Source: Myxococcota bacterium (lineage in GTDB: Bacteria > Myxococcota_A > UBA9160 > UBA4427). Taken from it: a DNA stretch of 64,000 nucleotides. Below, in pieces: positions 44,120 to 54,634 of the stretch. Position numbers and translations under genes: made by a program. A model generated the notes under the pieces. The model searched no databases and was not told the DNA's origin. It was given only the letters and a program-made list of their open reading frames with translations. Positions within the stretch are counted from its first letter, which is position 1. Every line of letters begins with the position of its first letter. The stretch spans positions 132,600 through 196,599 of the forward strand of contig CBDCWV010000011.1 of NCBI GenBank assembly GCA_965223565.1. The letters run 5' to 3'.

Positions 44120-47100
44120 CTATCCCGCGCGCACGATCGAATAACGGAGCGCGGCACCCCCCAGCTCGAGCTCTGCGGCATCCGGCTCGCTCGCCACTCG
44201 ATCGCTTCGTTCGAACTCTGCCGCGAGCACCTCTCGCGCGACCAGCTCCGAATGCTCGGCGAGGGCGCGGGCGACGGCCTCGTCGTCGACGGACCAGCCG
44301 ATCCGCACCCGATCCGAGACTTCGAAGCCGCGATCCTTGCGCGCATTGTTGAACAGGTTGATCGCGTCGCGAGCGATGCCCTCACGCCGGAGCTCATCGT
44401 CGAGCGCCGCATCGAGCACCACGGTGTATTCCCCATCGGTCGCGGTCGCCGCCCCCTCCTGGGCGGAACGCGTGAGCAGCACGTCTTCCAGAGCGAGAGC
44501 CTCGCCCGCGACCTCGATCGTTTCTCCCGCCTCGAGGCGCGCCACCTCTTCGAATCCCCAGGTCGCGAGCACGGGCCCGATTTCCCTCAGCTTCGGCCCA
44601 CAGCGCTTGCCCAGGGTCTTGAAGTTCGGCTTGACCGACACGCTTGCGAACGCGCTCTCGTCGGCCTCGATCTCGACCGATTTGACGTTCAGCTCGTCCC
44701 CGATCAATGATGCCGACGCCAACACGTCGGCGCGCACGTCGGGGTCGCGATGGACGACGGTCAGACGGCGGAGAGGCTGCCGCACCTTGAGCTTGTGGTC
44801 CTCGCGAACGCGTCGCCCGAGTGCGGCGACGGCGCGCACGGTCGCCATTCGACGCTCGAGCCCGGCGTCGATCCGGGCGAGATCCGCCTGTGGGTAGTCG
44901 CACCAATGCACGCTCGCGGGCTGTCCGATATCGACCGCGCGAACGAGGCGCTGGTAGACCGCCTCGGTCAGGAAGGGCATGAAGGGCGCGAGGATCTTCG
45001 AGTAGCTGACGAGCACTTCGTAGAGGGTCGCGAAGGCGTTCGTCTTGTCGCGATCGTCCTCCGTCTTCCAGAAACGGGCGCGGGAGCGTCGCACGTACCA
45101 GTTCGTGAGATCGTCGATGAACGCGACGAGGCGCGGTACGACGGTATAGAGCCGATAGGCCTCCATCTCCTGGTTCACGTCTCGCATCAGACTCTGCAGG
45201 ACGGAGAGGATCCAGCGATCGATATCCGGCCGATCCGGCGCGGCGTCCGGCTTCCAGGTCTGGGGATCGAATCCGTCGATCGCGGCGTAGGTCGTGAAGA
45301 AGGAAAGCACGTTCCAATAGGGCAGGATGACCGTACGTACGATCTCCTTGAGACCCGCTTCCTCGAAGCGCAGCTCCTCCGCGCGCACGACCGGAGAGTC
45401 GATCATGTAGGCACGAAGCGCGTCCGCCCCGTAGATCTCGAGCATCTCGTTCGGATCGGGGTAGTTCTTGAAGCGCTTGGACATCTTCTTGCCGTCGGCC
45501 GCGAGGATCAACCCGTTCACGATCACGTTCCGATAGGGACTGCGACCGAAGAGACTCGTGCCGAGTACGAGCAGCGTGTAGAACCATCCGCGCGTCTGAT
45601 CGAGGCCCTCGGCGATGAAATCGGCGGGAAAGAACGACTCGAGCGCGTCGGTCCGGTCGAAAGGAAAGTGGTGTTGCGCGTAGGGCATCGCGCCCGACTC
45701 GAACCAGCAGTCGAGCACTTCCGGCGTACGTCGGTAGGTCCTCCCGTCGCGTTCGATCACGATCCGATCGACGACGTGTTTGTGGAGATCGTCGACCGCG
45801 ATGCCCGAGAGATGCTCGAGCTCTTCGCGCGAACCGACGCAAATCATGTCCTCCGGATCGTTCTCGTTCACCCAGACGGGTATGCACGAGCCCCAGAAGC
45901 GGTTGCGACTGACATTCCAGTCGTTCGCATCCTTGAGCCAGTTTCCGAACCGGTTTCGTCCGACGTTCTCGGGAACCCAGTCGATCTCGGCATTGTTTGC
46001 CACGAGATCTTCTCGCAGATCCTCGACCTTCACGTACCAGGCTTCGATCGCACGGTAGATGAGCGGCGTATCGGTTCGCTCGCAGAACGGATACGAGTGA
46101 ACGATCGTGCCCTGGTCGACGATTCGACCCTCTCGTTTGAGTCGCTTGATGATCGGCTTGTCGGCTTCCTTGCAGACCAGACCTGCAAAGTCGTCGACCG
46201 GCGCCACGAAGCGCGCTTCGCTGTCGAGCGGATCGACGAGTCCGATACCGGCCAGCCGCGACACACGAAAATCGTCCTCGCCGTAGGCCGGAGCGATATG
46301 GACGACACCCGTACCGTCCTCCGTCGTAACGAAATCGTCGGCGAGCACGACGAAGGCATCCGGTGTTCCCGCGAAGTAGGGCAGCAGGGGCGCATAGCGC
46401 GCGCCGACGAGATCGCCCCCGGGCACTCGACGCACGAAGCGATAGCGGTCGCCTTCCGCCCCCTCGCCCTCGCCCCCGTCGAGCGCCTGCCCCAGCTTCT
46501 CGTCATAGGCGAGCAGGCGCGCCTCGGCGAAGACGAGATGGTCCCCGGTCGCGATCTCCTCCACGACTGCGTACTCGATCGACTCGCGAACGCAGAGCGC
46601 GAGATTGCTCGGCAGGGTCCAGGGCGTCGTCGTCCACGCCGTCAGGAAGAGCGCGCGGTCGCTCGCGAGGCCGGGCGAGATCCGATCGCGACCCTCGACG
46701 ACCTCGAATCGAACCGTGATGGCGGGGTCCTGAACGTCCTTGTAGTTCTGGTTCGCCTCGAAATTCGAAAGCGGGGTCGCCAGCTTGCAGCTGTAGGGCA
46801 TGATCCGATAGCTCTTGTAGACGCGGTCGCGTTCCCACAATTGCTTGAAGACCCACCAGACGGTCTCCATGAAATCGATGTCCATCGTCTTGTAGTCGTC
46901 GTCGAAGTCGACCCAGCGCCCCATCCGCGCGACCGTCTTGCGCCACTCGTCGACATAGGTGAGCACCATCTCGCGACACTGCTCGTTGAAGACGTCGACG
47001 CCGCGTTCGAGGATCTCACCCGTCCCTGCGAGACCCAGGGCTTCCTGGGCGAGTGCCTCGATCGGCAAACCGTGGCAATCCCAGCCGAATCGACGTTCGA

Positions 47101-47368
47101 CATGTCGCCCCCGCATGTTCCAGTAACGGGGAACGATGTCCTTGATCGTGCCGGCGAGCAGGTGGCCGTAATGCGGCGTGCCGGTCGCGAAGGGCGGCCC
47201 GTCATAGAAGACGAACTCGGGCGCGCCCTCTCGTCGTCGATTGCTCTCGACGAAGGCATCCGCCTCCTCCCAGAACGCCAACACCTCGCGCTCCATGGCA
47301 GGAAAGTCCGCGCTCGCTTCGACTCGCTCGAAGACGGAACGACGCTCGGCTCCATTCGACGCGCTCAT
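44120..47368 (-). CDS. ileS: isoleucine--tRNA ligase (type 2)
   Basis: ATG 47368. 'FYDGPPFATGTPHYGHLLAG' (HIGH), 'KMSKR' (KMSKS), CP1 editing region. 1082 aa. Confidence 0.95.
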   Translation of the reverse strand: MSASNGAERRSVFERVEASADFPAMEREVLAFWEEADAFVESNRRREGAPEFVFYDGPPFATGTPHYGHLLAGTIKDIVPRYWNMRGRHVERRFGWDCHGLPIEALAQEALGLAGTGEILERGVDVFNEQCREMVLTYVDEWRKTVARMGRWVDFDDDYKTMDIDFMETVWWVFKQLWERDRVYKSYRIMPYSCKLATPLSNFEANQNYKDVQDPAITVRFEVVEGRDRISPGLASDRALFLTAWTTTPWTLPSNLALCVRESIEYAVVEEIATGDHLVFAEARLLAYDEKLGQALDGGEGEGAEGDRYRFVRRVPGGDLVGARYAPLLPYFAGTPDAFVVLADDFVTTEDGTGVVHIAPAYGEDDFRVSRLAGIGLVDPLDSEARFVAPVDDFAGLVCKEADKPIIKRLKREGRIVDQGTIVHSYPFCERTDTPLIYRAIEAWYVKVEDLREDLVANNAEIDWVPENVGRNRFGNWLKDANDWNVSRNRFWGSCIPVWVNENDPEDMICVGSREELEHLSGIAVDDLHKHVVDRIVIERDGRTYRRTPEVLDCWFESGAMPYAQHHFPFDRTDALESFFPADFIAEGLDQTRGWFYTLLVLGTSLFGRSPYRNVIVNGLILAADGKKMSKRFKNYPDPNEMLEIYGADALRAYMIDSPVVRAEELRFEEAGLKEIVRTVILPYWNVLSFFTTYAAIDGFDPQTWKPDAAPDRPDIDRWILSVLQSLMRDVNQEMEAYRLYTVVPRLVAFIDDLTNWYVRRSRARFWKTEDDRDKTNAFATLYEVLVSYSKILAPFMPFLTEAVYQRLVRAVDIGQPASVHWCDYPQADLARIDAGLERRMATVRAVAALGRRVREDHKLKVRQPLRRLTVVHRDPDVRADVLASASLIGDELNVKSVEIEADESAFASVSVKPNFKTLGKRCGPKLREIGPVLATWGFEEVARLEAGETIEVAGEALALEDVLLTRSAQEGAATATDGEYTVVLDAALDDELRREGIARDAINLFNNARKDRGFEVSDRVRIGWSVDDEAVARALAEHSELVAREVLAAEFERSDRVASEPDAAELELGGAALRYSIVRAG

Positions 47369-47631
47369 CGGAGATCCTTCGCGCAGAGGGGCCTGGCCCC
47401 GTTCGTCACGTACGCGCTCACGCCCATCGGCACGGCACCGTCGCCGGAGTATGGAGTCGATCGCCCGGGGTCTCAATCACCCACGGTCGATTCGTCGACC
47501 GGGGACGTCATGGACCGATGGCGGCGCTCGCCTCGAAGCGGCCGATCTCGCTGTGCTAGAACCCGGAGGCTCAGAGGGCTGCGACCACACATCCGAGAAG
47601 CCTATTCCCAGACGATTAAGGAGCCCCCGCG

Positions 47632-48075
47632 ATGGACCTCGGTGCACTGCTGACGAACACGAATCCGCTCGCGATCGACCTGGCCTTGCTGATCGGCCGC
47701 GTCGCGATCGGAATCTGCTTCATGATCCACGCCTTCGGAAAGCTGGGCTGGGTCGGTAACGGAAGCCTGGACGGGTTCGCGAGCTGGCTCGCGGATCTCG
47801 GTGTGCCGATGCCCGCGATCCAGGCGCGCATGGCGATGCTGTCGGAGCTGGTCGGCGGCGCGCTGCTCGCACTCGGGCTCTTCACCCGCCCGGCGTGTCT
47901 GGCGCTGATCGGCACGATGATCGTGGCCGGGGTCGTCGGCCATCGCGGCGCCGGCTATCTGATCACGAACGATCCGCCGGGCGCCGAGTACACGATCAAC
48001 CTGGCCGTCGTCTGCGGCATGTTCCTGTTGATGGGGCCGGGGGCGATCGCACTCGACTCGTTGCTCTTCTCCTGA
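47632..48075 (+). CDS. DoxX family membrane protein
   Basis: AAGGAG RBS. Four hydrophobic helices; 'LLIGRVAIGICFMIHAFGKL'. Confidence 0.8.
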   Translation: MDLGALLTNTNPLAIDLALLIGRVAIGICFMIHAFGKLGWVGNGSLDGFASWLADLGVPMPAIQARMAMLSELVGGALLALGLFTRPACLALIGTMIVAGVVGHRGAGYLITNDPPGAEYTINLAVVCGMFLLMGPGAIALDSLLFS

Positions 48076-48098
48076 CTCGAAAGAAAGGGAGGCTGCCG

Positions 48099-48899
48099 AT
48101 GGCGGATGCGATCGTCACGCGTGATGGCCATGTCATGACCATCACGATGAATCGACCGAAGCGCTTCAACGCCCTGTCGGGCGCGATGCTGATCCGGATG
48201 TACGACGCCTACCGCGAAGCCTCGGAGGACGAGAACGTCCGCTGCATCATCGTGACAGGAGCGGACGGAAACTTCTGCTCTGGTGCCGACCTGAAGGGAA
48301 TGGCGGGCGACGGCGGCGACGCGGATCCGGAGATCGACGTCGCGGCACGCATGGCGGAGGATCCCGACATCCATTGGAAGGCGCTCTTTCGAGGCTACCG
48401 GCCGACGAAACCGATCATCGCCGCCGTCGAGGGCGTGGCGATCGCGGGCGGAACCGAGCTGCTGCAGGCGATGGAGATCCGCGTCGCGGGTGAGAGCGCG
48501 CGCTTCGGCGTCTCGGAGGCACGCTGGTCGCTCTATCCGATGGCGGGCTCGGCCGTTCGCCTGCCGCGCCAGATTCCCTATACGCAGGCAGCCGAGATCC
48601 TCTTGACCGCGAAGCACATCACGGCGCGCGAAGCCCTCGACATCGGCCTGATCGGCCACGTCGTGCCGGACGGGCAGGCACTCGCCCGGGCGCAGGAGAT
48701 CGCTCGAGTGATCGCCGGCAACGGTCCCCTCGCGGTCGAGGCGATCACGCGCACACTCCACGAGACCGACGGCATGCAGCTCGACGAGGCGCTCGCCTAC
48801 GAATTCGACTACGGGCAGGCGGTCTTCGCGAGCGATGACGCCAAGGAGGGCCCGCGCGCATTCGCCGAGAAGCGCGAGCCCGAATTCAAGCGGCGTTAG
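48099..48899 (+). CDS. enoyl-CoA hydratase/isomerase family protein
   Basis: ATG 48099 after AAGGGAGG. 'ITMNRPKRFNAL', 'GADGNFCSGADL'. Confidence 0.9.
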   Translation: MADAIVTRDGHVMTITMNRPKRFNALSGAMLIRMYDAYREASEDENVRCIIVTGADGNFCSGADLKGMAGDGGDADPEIDVAARMAEDPDIHWKALFRGYRPTKPIIAAVEGVAIAGGTELLQAMEIRVAGESARFGVSEARWSLYPMAGSAVRLPRQIPYTQAAEILLTAKHITAREALDIGLIGHVVPDGQALARAQEIARVIAGNGPLAVEAITRTLHETDGMQLDEALAYEFDYGQAVFASDDAKEGPRAFAEKREPEFKRR

Positions 48900-48915
48900 G
48901 CGTCGTCCCGTATTC

Positions 48916-50166
48916 TCATTTCTCGCGCTCGATCCCGAACGCCCGCGTGTAGTGTCGCCACTCCTCGGCGAGTGACTCGTAGCTCCAGCCGAAGTCGCGC
49001 GGATCGTAGACGTGTCGGCCGAACTCCGTCTGGGGCTTCTCGCGCAGCCAGGCCTCGATCCTTCGCTCGTGGAGACGACTCGGCACCTCGTCGAAATGCG
49101 CATAGATCTTGCGCATCGTCTCGAGCGGATCTCGCATCATCTCGCTGTACTGAACGTGCACGCACCAGCCGGGCTGCGACCGCGCGTCGAAGTCCATGCC
49201 ACATCGGATCGCGTGCTTCAGCTTGCCGAGCCAGTCCCGACCGACCGCAATGGGATCGAGCCGGTCGACGAAGATACTGTGCATCGTCGCATTCAGGCTC
49301 GCGACGGACGTCGTGACGGGTCCGGGATCGCGATGGGTCCAGATCAATCGCGCATCGGGATAGAACTCGAGCAGCGTGTCGAGACACCAGAGATGATTCG
49401 GCGTCTTGAGACTCCACCGCTCCGTCGGCTGACCCGTTTGGAGCGCCTGGAGCGCACGCTTGTGCTGGACATAGGCGGGGGTCATGTCGCAGCCCTGGAG
49501 CCAGCTTCCGTAGCTCGGCACGAGCGCCTGGGTCTCCATCCCGAGACAGCGCAGATCGAGCATCATGAACGGGATGCACTCCTCCGCGAGCATCGCGCCC
49601 ATCGGGTGCATCGCCCGAAGCGCCGGATTCAGCTTGTGCAGGGCCTCCATCTGCGCGTTCGACTCGGCGATCCTCGGGTCGTCGTGTTTCGTGGCGAGCG
49701 TCGCGGGCGGCACGATCGTGCGCGCCTCCCATTGCCGAACGGGTCGCACCATCGGGTCGAGCCCGAGCAGGATGGAGAGAATCGTCGTTCCCGTCCGCGG
49801 CAGGCCGAGAATCACCCAGGGCTTTCGGATCTCCTCCCTCTCCGCCTCGGGATGATCGTTCGTCCACGCCCGCAGCCGGATCCGCGTGACGAGCTGAGAG
49901 ACGATCGTCTGTCGCATGGCCACACGACCGAAGGTCGAGAGACCCGCCTCGCGCTCGAGTGAATCCACGAAGCGCTCGAGGGGCTCTCGGTAGCTGTCGC
50001 CTCCGAGATCCGAGCTCCCCGCCTCGCGAATCGCCGCTTGCACCAGGCGGTCGGGATCGAGCGAGGGCTTCCAGCCGAGAACGGCGGCGCCGCGACCGAG
50101 CGCGTTCCAGGCGCGCAGGATCGGTGAGCGCACGCGACCGTCACGAAATGAATAGGTCTGTGTCAT
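48916..50166 (-). CDS. sulfotransferase family protein (Stf-like; paralogue of 9165-10496)
   Basis: ATG 50166 overlaps the MFS stop (ATGA). 'GLPRTGTTILSILL' 5'-PSB-type loop. Same overall architecture as the first sulfotransferase. Confidence 0.8.
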   Translation of the reverse strand: MTQTYSFRDGRVRSPILRAWNALGRGAAVLGWKPSLDPDRLVQAAIREAGSSDLGGDSYREPLERFVDSLEREAGLSTFGRVAMRQTIVSQLVTRIRLRAWTNDHPEAEREEIRKPWVILGLPRTGTTILSILLGLDPMVRPVRQWEARTIVPPATLATKHDDPRIAESNAQMEALHKLNPALRAMHPMGAMLAEECIPFMMLDLRCLGMETQALVPSYGSWLQGCDMTPAYVQHKRALQALQTGQPTERWSLKTPNHLWCLDTLLEFYPDARLIWTHRDPGPVTTSVASLNATMHSIFVDRLDPIAVGRDWLGKLKHAIRCGMDFDARSQPGWCVHVQYSEMMRDPLETMRKIYAHFDEVPSRLHERRIEAWLREKPQTEFGRHVYDPRDFGWSYESLAEEWRHYTRAFGIEREK

Positions 50167-51458
50167 CGAACCGGACCACCCCCCTGCTCGGCCGCTCGAA
50201 GCCCCGTCGGCGAAGGATCCGCGCGATCGCGTAGTGCGGCTGCCGCGGCGAGGCTCGATCCGAAGACGCAGCCGATCGCGGCCAGAATCGCAAGGGCGAA
50301 GACCGCGAGCGCCCAAGTGTAGCTGCCCTGCGCTTCGTAGACGGAGGCCGCCAGCAGAACCGCGACCGCCATTACGGGCAACATCAGGAGATTCGAGAGT
50401 CCCATCGCGCGACCCAGCGCATCCGGCCCCAGCCGCTTACCCAGCAAGAGCATGTAGAGCGGAATCATGCCTCCTGTCGCGAAGCCCATCGCGACGCCGA
50501 GAATCGCGACGACCCAGGGCTCGGGAAAGAGCGCATATCCGACCAGGATCGCGGCCATCCCGGCGAGCATGACCGAGAAGAGCCCCGTCAATCCCAGCCG
50601 ATCCGCGAGCATCCCGAAGCAGAGGGCTCCAGGCACGCCCATCCAGAACTGGATCGCGAGCAGCGTCGATTGCTCGGGCGGATCGAGTCCGACCCCCGAG
50701 AGATAGGCGGCCACATGCACGGTCCATCCCGTCGGAACGCCCGCCGCGAGCGCAAAGACCATGCCCGTCCACCAGAAGACCGGCATCCGCAGGACGTCCA
50801 ACATGCCGACGTCCGCAGCACGCGTCTGCCCGTCGCCGGCTGCCCCGTCGCTCGGCTCGCTCGAAGTCGGTTGCTCACGGCCCGCTCCCGGCTCGAAACG
50901 CGCCGGCACGACCCAGCCGATCGCGGGCAGCAGCAGCACGAGCGTGAGTAGCCCGAAGAGCGCGAAGGCCCCACGCCATCCGAGCGCGACGAGCGCCCAG
51001 CCCGCCAGGGCCGCGAACAGACCCGAACCGAGCGGCGGCCCCATCGCCATCAACCCCAGTGCGCGCCCGCGTTCGGCCGCGAACGAGCGCGTCACGAGGC
51101 TCGCCCCGGCGAGCGGCCCGATCGACGGTACGGCGAAGCCCGCCATCAGCGCGGCCAACCCGAGCAGCCAGAGATTCGGGGCGAGGGCCGCGACGAATTG
51201 GGCGGCACCCATCAAGAGCGCCCCCGCCAGCATCACGCCCCGCGCGTATCCGCGATCGAGCGCCACACCCGTCAGCATGCTGCCGACCGTGAGAGCCAAC
51301 ATGATCAGGATCTGTCCCGAGCTGACGAGCGTCCGCGATGCGGAGAAGGCGGCCTCGAGCGGCTCGAGAAAGACGGGCAGGATGCCGTAGGTCATTCCGA
51401 CCGAAACGCCTTGCGTCAACATGGCGACGCCCAGGATCGAACGTTGGGTCCGGGTCAT
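50163..51458 (-). CDS. MFS transporter
   Basis: ATG 51458. About 12 hydrophobic helices and a central hydrophilic loop ('EPGAGREQPTSSEPSDGAAGDG'). Confidence 0.85.
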   Translation of the reverse strand: MTRTQRSILGVAMLTQGVSVGMTYGILPVFLEPLEAAFSASRTLVSSGQILIMLALTVGSMLTGVALDRGYARGVMLAGALLMGAAQFVAALAPNLWLLGLAALMAGFAVPSIGPLAGASLVTRSFAAERGRALGLMAMGPPLGSGLFAALAGWALVALGWRGAFALFGLLTLVLLLPAIGWVVPARFEPGAGREQPTSSEPSDGAAGDGQTRAADVGMLDVLRMPVFWWTGMVFALAAGVPTGWTVHVAAYLSGVGLDPPEQSTLLAIQFWMGVPGALCFGMLADRLGLTGLFSVMLAGMAAILVGYALFPEPWVVAILGVAMGFATGGMIPLYMLLLGKRLGPDALGRAMGLSNLLMLPVMAVAVLLAASVYEAQGSYTWALAVFALAILAAIGCVFGSSLAAAAALRDRADPSPTGLRAAEQGGGPVR

Positions 51459-51562
51459 GAGTGCGGCGAGTGTAGGCGGATGCGAAGCGCGCCGCTCAAT
51501 ACTCGGCGGCCGACATCCACCCCGTTTGGATTCGACAGTGAGCCGCCTGCTACGCTCGCGCC

Positions 51563-52192
51563 ATGAACGAGCGCCCCGTCCGGCGGCACCTGGCCCGCCT
51601 CTTCCTCGCGTCGTCGGGCTGGACGCCGACCGGCGAGCGTCCGATCTGCCAGCGCTTCGTACTGATCGCTGCCCCGCACACGTCGAACTGGGATTTCCCG
51701 CTTCTGATCGCCTTCGCCGAATATTTCGAGATCCCAATCTCGTGGATCGGCAAGCACACCCTGTTTCGGCCGCCGATGGGCGCCGTGATGCGCGCACTCG
51801 GTGGCATCCCGATCGATCGCAGCAAGCGGGACGATCGCGTCGCCCAGCTCGCACGCCTCTTCGACGAACGCGAGCGCCTCGCACTGGTCGTTCCGGCCGA
51901 GGGCACGCGCGGCCGCGTCGACCATTGGAAGTCCGGCTTCTATCACATCGCGCGGACGGCGGGTGTCCCGATCGTGATGAGCTATCTCGACTACACCCGC
52001 AAGACGGGTGGCTTCGGTGGCTCGTTCGAGCCTTCGGGCGATATCCGCGTCGACATGGACCGCGTGCGTGATTTCTATGCCGGAAGACGGGGCCGACATC
52101 CCGAACGATTCGGGGAGATCCGACTGCTGGAAGAATCGAAGGCGGGCGCGCCTCGCGAGCCGCGTTCAGCGGCGCTCGAACGAGGCCAGTGA
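51563..52192 (+). CDS. lysophospholipid/1-acyl-glycerol-3-phosphate acyltransferase family protein (PlsC-like)
   Basis: 'APHTSNWDF' (HX4D), 'GIPIDR', 'VPAEGTR'. Confidence 0.8.
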   Translation: MNERPVRRHLARLFLASSGWTPTGERPICQRFVLIAAPHTSNWDFPLLIAFAEYFEIPISWIGKHTLFRPPMGAVMRALGGIPIDRSKRDDRVAQLARLFDERERLALVVPAEGTRGRVDHWKSGFYHIARTAGVPIVMSYLDYTRKTGGFGGSFEPSGDIRVDMDRVRDFYAGRRGRHPERFGEIRLLEESKAGAPREPRSAALERGQ

Positions 52193-54454
52193 CGCGTTCC
52201 CTGCCGAGCCCCGCGTCTCACGATGGTCGACGAAGATCGGTGAGGACCAGGCACGTTGCTGCAGGGGATCGAGACAGTCGTCATCCGTCGGGCAGATCTC
52301 GATCGATACGACCCGGCCGTCGGCGTCGCGCTCGGGTCGGAGCGGATCGCCGAGAATGGCCGGTCGCGCCTCCTCGAGCGCTCGCACGTAGTAGAGCGCG
52401 TCACGACGGCGCTCGAGAAACGTCTCGTCGCTGAAGCGAATCACGCAGCCCTCCGGCTCGGGTGGGCACTCGTAGCGACGCCACGGGTCTTCGATCAGGC
52501 GATCGACCTCCTCGTCCGCGCGGACACGCGTCGTGATCCGGATGACCTCGATTGCGACGATCGGTCGCCGAGCATCACCGGGATGGTGGCACTCGTCGTG
52601 GCAGAGTGTCGCGATCCGCTCGCCACCGAGTCCGTCTCGCGTCCAGTCCGGACAGCCCGGTCGCTGGTCGAAGGAGCCGATCGCGCGCGCCTCGAAGAGC
52701 GGCGCGCTGGCCAGCTCGACCTCGCTGCCCATCGGCGCCGGGACGTCCCCGGGCGCATTCAGCAGATCGAACCAGAGCAGGATTCGCGGGCCGCTCGTCG
52801 CGTAGACCTCGCGCCGGTTCAGTGCATCCCAGATATCCGCTCGCGCGCGAGTCGTCGCGTGCACGGCCGCGAGGGCGCCCGGATAGAGGAAGGCCTGGGT
52901 CCGTCCGTCGTTGCCTCGCAGGCCGGTCCGGCGGGAGCCGGGGCGCAGGGGCATCTGCGGATCCTCCATGACACCGCCGCCCACGAGACTCGACATACCG
53001 CCCGTCGGCATCTCGTTCACGTCGGTCATCAGACCGCGGTCGACCTGCTTGTAGCCCACCCCGGGCCGACCCGAATGCTCGTCGCTCGAGCCGATGAAGC
53101 CGTAGCGGAAGCGCAGCGGCTTGCCGTGCGCATCGCGCACCGACGGATCGGCAAGCGACATCCCGTACTGCACGGATTCGCGCGGTCGATACGAGAAGCT
53201 CGGCTTGAAGCAGTCGCGACACTGGCCGCAGTCGAGCCATTCTTCGGGGGCGGCGTCGGGGAAGACCTGGCCGACCCGCGTGTAGGCCTCCATCGCGTAG
53301 TCCCGCGCCAGCGCGACGCGTCGCTCGCATTCCACCTCTTCGAGACCATCGCAGCGACTGCGCATGATCTCTCCCGCCTGCCAACAACAGGGTAGGTAGT
53401 CGTCGGTCGGGGCCGGACAGACGCGCTCCCCCGCAGCGTCGATCTCCCACTCCCGAAAGCCACGATACTCCTCGGAGTTACCATGGCCCGACACGAGCTC
53501 GATCAGCTTCATCTTTTCCGCGTCGTAGTTCGCCGGCAGCAGATGTTTGTCCATCGTCGTCGTCGCGGGCGTGTAGACGCCCCAGGCCGTCCCGTGCGGA
53601 ATGTCGAGGGCGTCGCCGTTGCCGGACTCGTCGAGCTTGCGATGCAGATCCGCTGGGGTCGCGGCGACCTCGAAGCAGCCGGTCGGGAGCGCGGCACTCG
53701 ACACACTTTCTTCGCAGACCGGGAAATCCTGCAGCGCCTCGGCGTAATCGACATAGGCCGTATAGCGTGACCAGTGACGCACATCGGTCCACTTGAGCTG
53801 CGAGAACGCCCTGGCCGTGGCAAGCGTGCCCGGCCGACCATCCCTTGCCGCGATCGGTCGCGGAGGGAGCGAGGCATCTTCGGTCTCGGGAAAGATCACG
53901 CAGCGATGGCCGTAGTGGGTCTCGGGCGTGAGACCGCTCTGGGTCCATTCGAATCCCATGAAGGCTACGAGATCCGGATTGCTCGGATCCCCGGCGCGCG
54001 CATTGCACTCGCGAATACTCTGTTTCGAGCTCGCATAGTGCTCCGGCCGGAGCGACTCCGCATGATCGGTCAGGGCGAAGAAGTCGAGGTTCGCGCAGTA
54101 TCGCGCGAAATCGCAGGCGTCGGCCGGCGGGTGTGCTCCTTCTCCGCCGATCGCGGGCAGAGAGAAGAGATAGGCATCTTGTGAGAAGGTCGTGTGGACG
54201 TGCAGATCCCCGAAGAGGATCTGCTTCGCATCCTCGCGTCTGCCCTCGCCATGCTTCGCCGCGAGCCGCAGGGCTCCGGTCTGCTGGCGCGAGGCCGCGC
54301 TCCGGACGACCTCGGACGGCTTTGCTCCTCCCTGGATCTCGAAGCGCTCCTGAGGCGGTTCCGCGCCACAGCCCACGACGACGAGCGCCACGAACGCGCG
54401 GGCCAGATCGACGCACAGCGTGTGCCCGCACCGACGAATCCTGGCCGCCATCAT
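52166..54454 (-). CDS. DUF3604 domain protein, probable lipoprotein
   Basis: 'FGDLHVHTTFSQDAY', 'FFALTDHAESL'. N-terminal 'FVALVVVGCG' lipobox-like. 762 aa. The 3' end overlaps the acyltransferase gene by 27 nt (convergent). Confidence 0.8.
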   Translation of the reverse strand: MMAARIRRCGHTLCVDLARAFVALVVVGCGAEPPQERFEIQGGAKPSEVVRSAASRQQTGALRLAAKHGEGRREDAKQILFGDLHVHTTFSQDAYLFSLPAIGGEGAHPPADACDFARYCANLDFFALTDHAESLRPEHYASSKQSIRECNARAGDPSNPDLVAFMGFEWTQSGLTPETHYGHRCVIFPETEDASLPPRPIAARDGRPGTLATARAFSQLKWTDVRHWSRYTAYVDYAEALQDFPVCEESVSSAALPTGCFEVAATPADLHRKLDESGNGDALDIPHGTAWGVYTPATTTMDKHLLPANYDAEKMKLIELVSGHGNSEEYRGFREWEIDAAGERVCPAPTDDYLPCCWQAGEIMRSRCDGLEEVECERRVALARDYAMEAYTRVGQVFPDAAPEEWLDCGQCRDCFKPSFSYRPRESVQYGMSLADPSVRDAHGKPLRFRYGFIGSSDEHSGRPGVGYKQVDRGLMTDVNEMPTGGMSSLVGGGVMEDPQMPLRPGSRRTGLRGNDGRTQAFLYPGALAAVHATTRARADIWDALNRREVYATSGPRILLWFDLLNAPGDVPAPMGSEVELASAPLFEARAIGSFDQRPGCPDWTRDGLGGERIATLCHDECHHPGDARRPIVAIEVIRITTRVRADEEVDRLIEDPWRRYECPPEPEGCVIRFSDETFLERRRDALYYVRALEEARPAILGDPLRPERDADGRVVSIEICPTDDDCLDPLQQRAWSSPIFVDHRETRGSAGNASLASFERR

Positions 54455-54634
54455 GCCCCCCTGCGAACGTGTGCGCTTGCCACGCCCCCGCCGCGACGAC
54501 CACGCGCCCGATTCCAGCTGCGATCGTCGCCCAGCGCGGCTCTGAGCCTAGCGCGCGCCTCGTACCGACCGCCTCGCCGAGTGACTGGATCCGCGGCAGA
54601 GTCGACGGCAACCGTGCGTGTACCCGACTCTCCC

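Noticed and set aside
44750-47653. 967-aa plus-strand ORF
   Set aside because: It is antisense to ileS, whose HIGH and KMSKS motifs are unambiguous.
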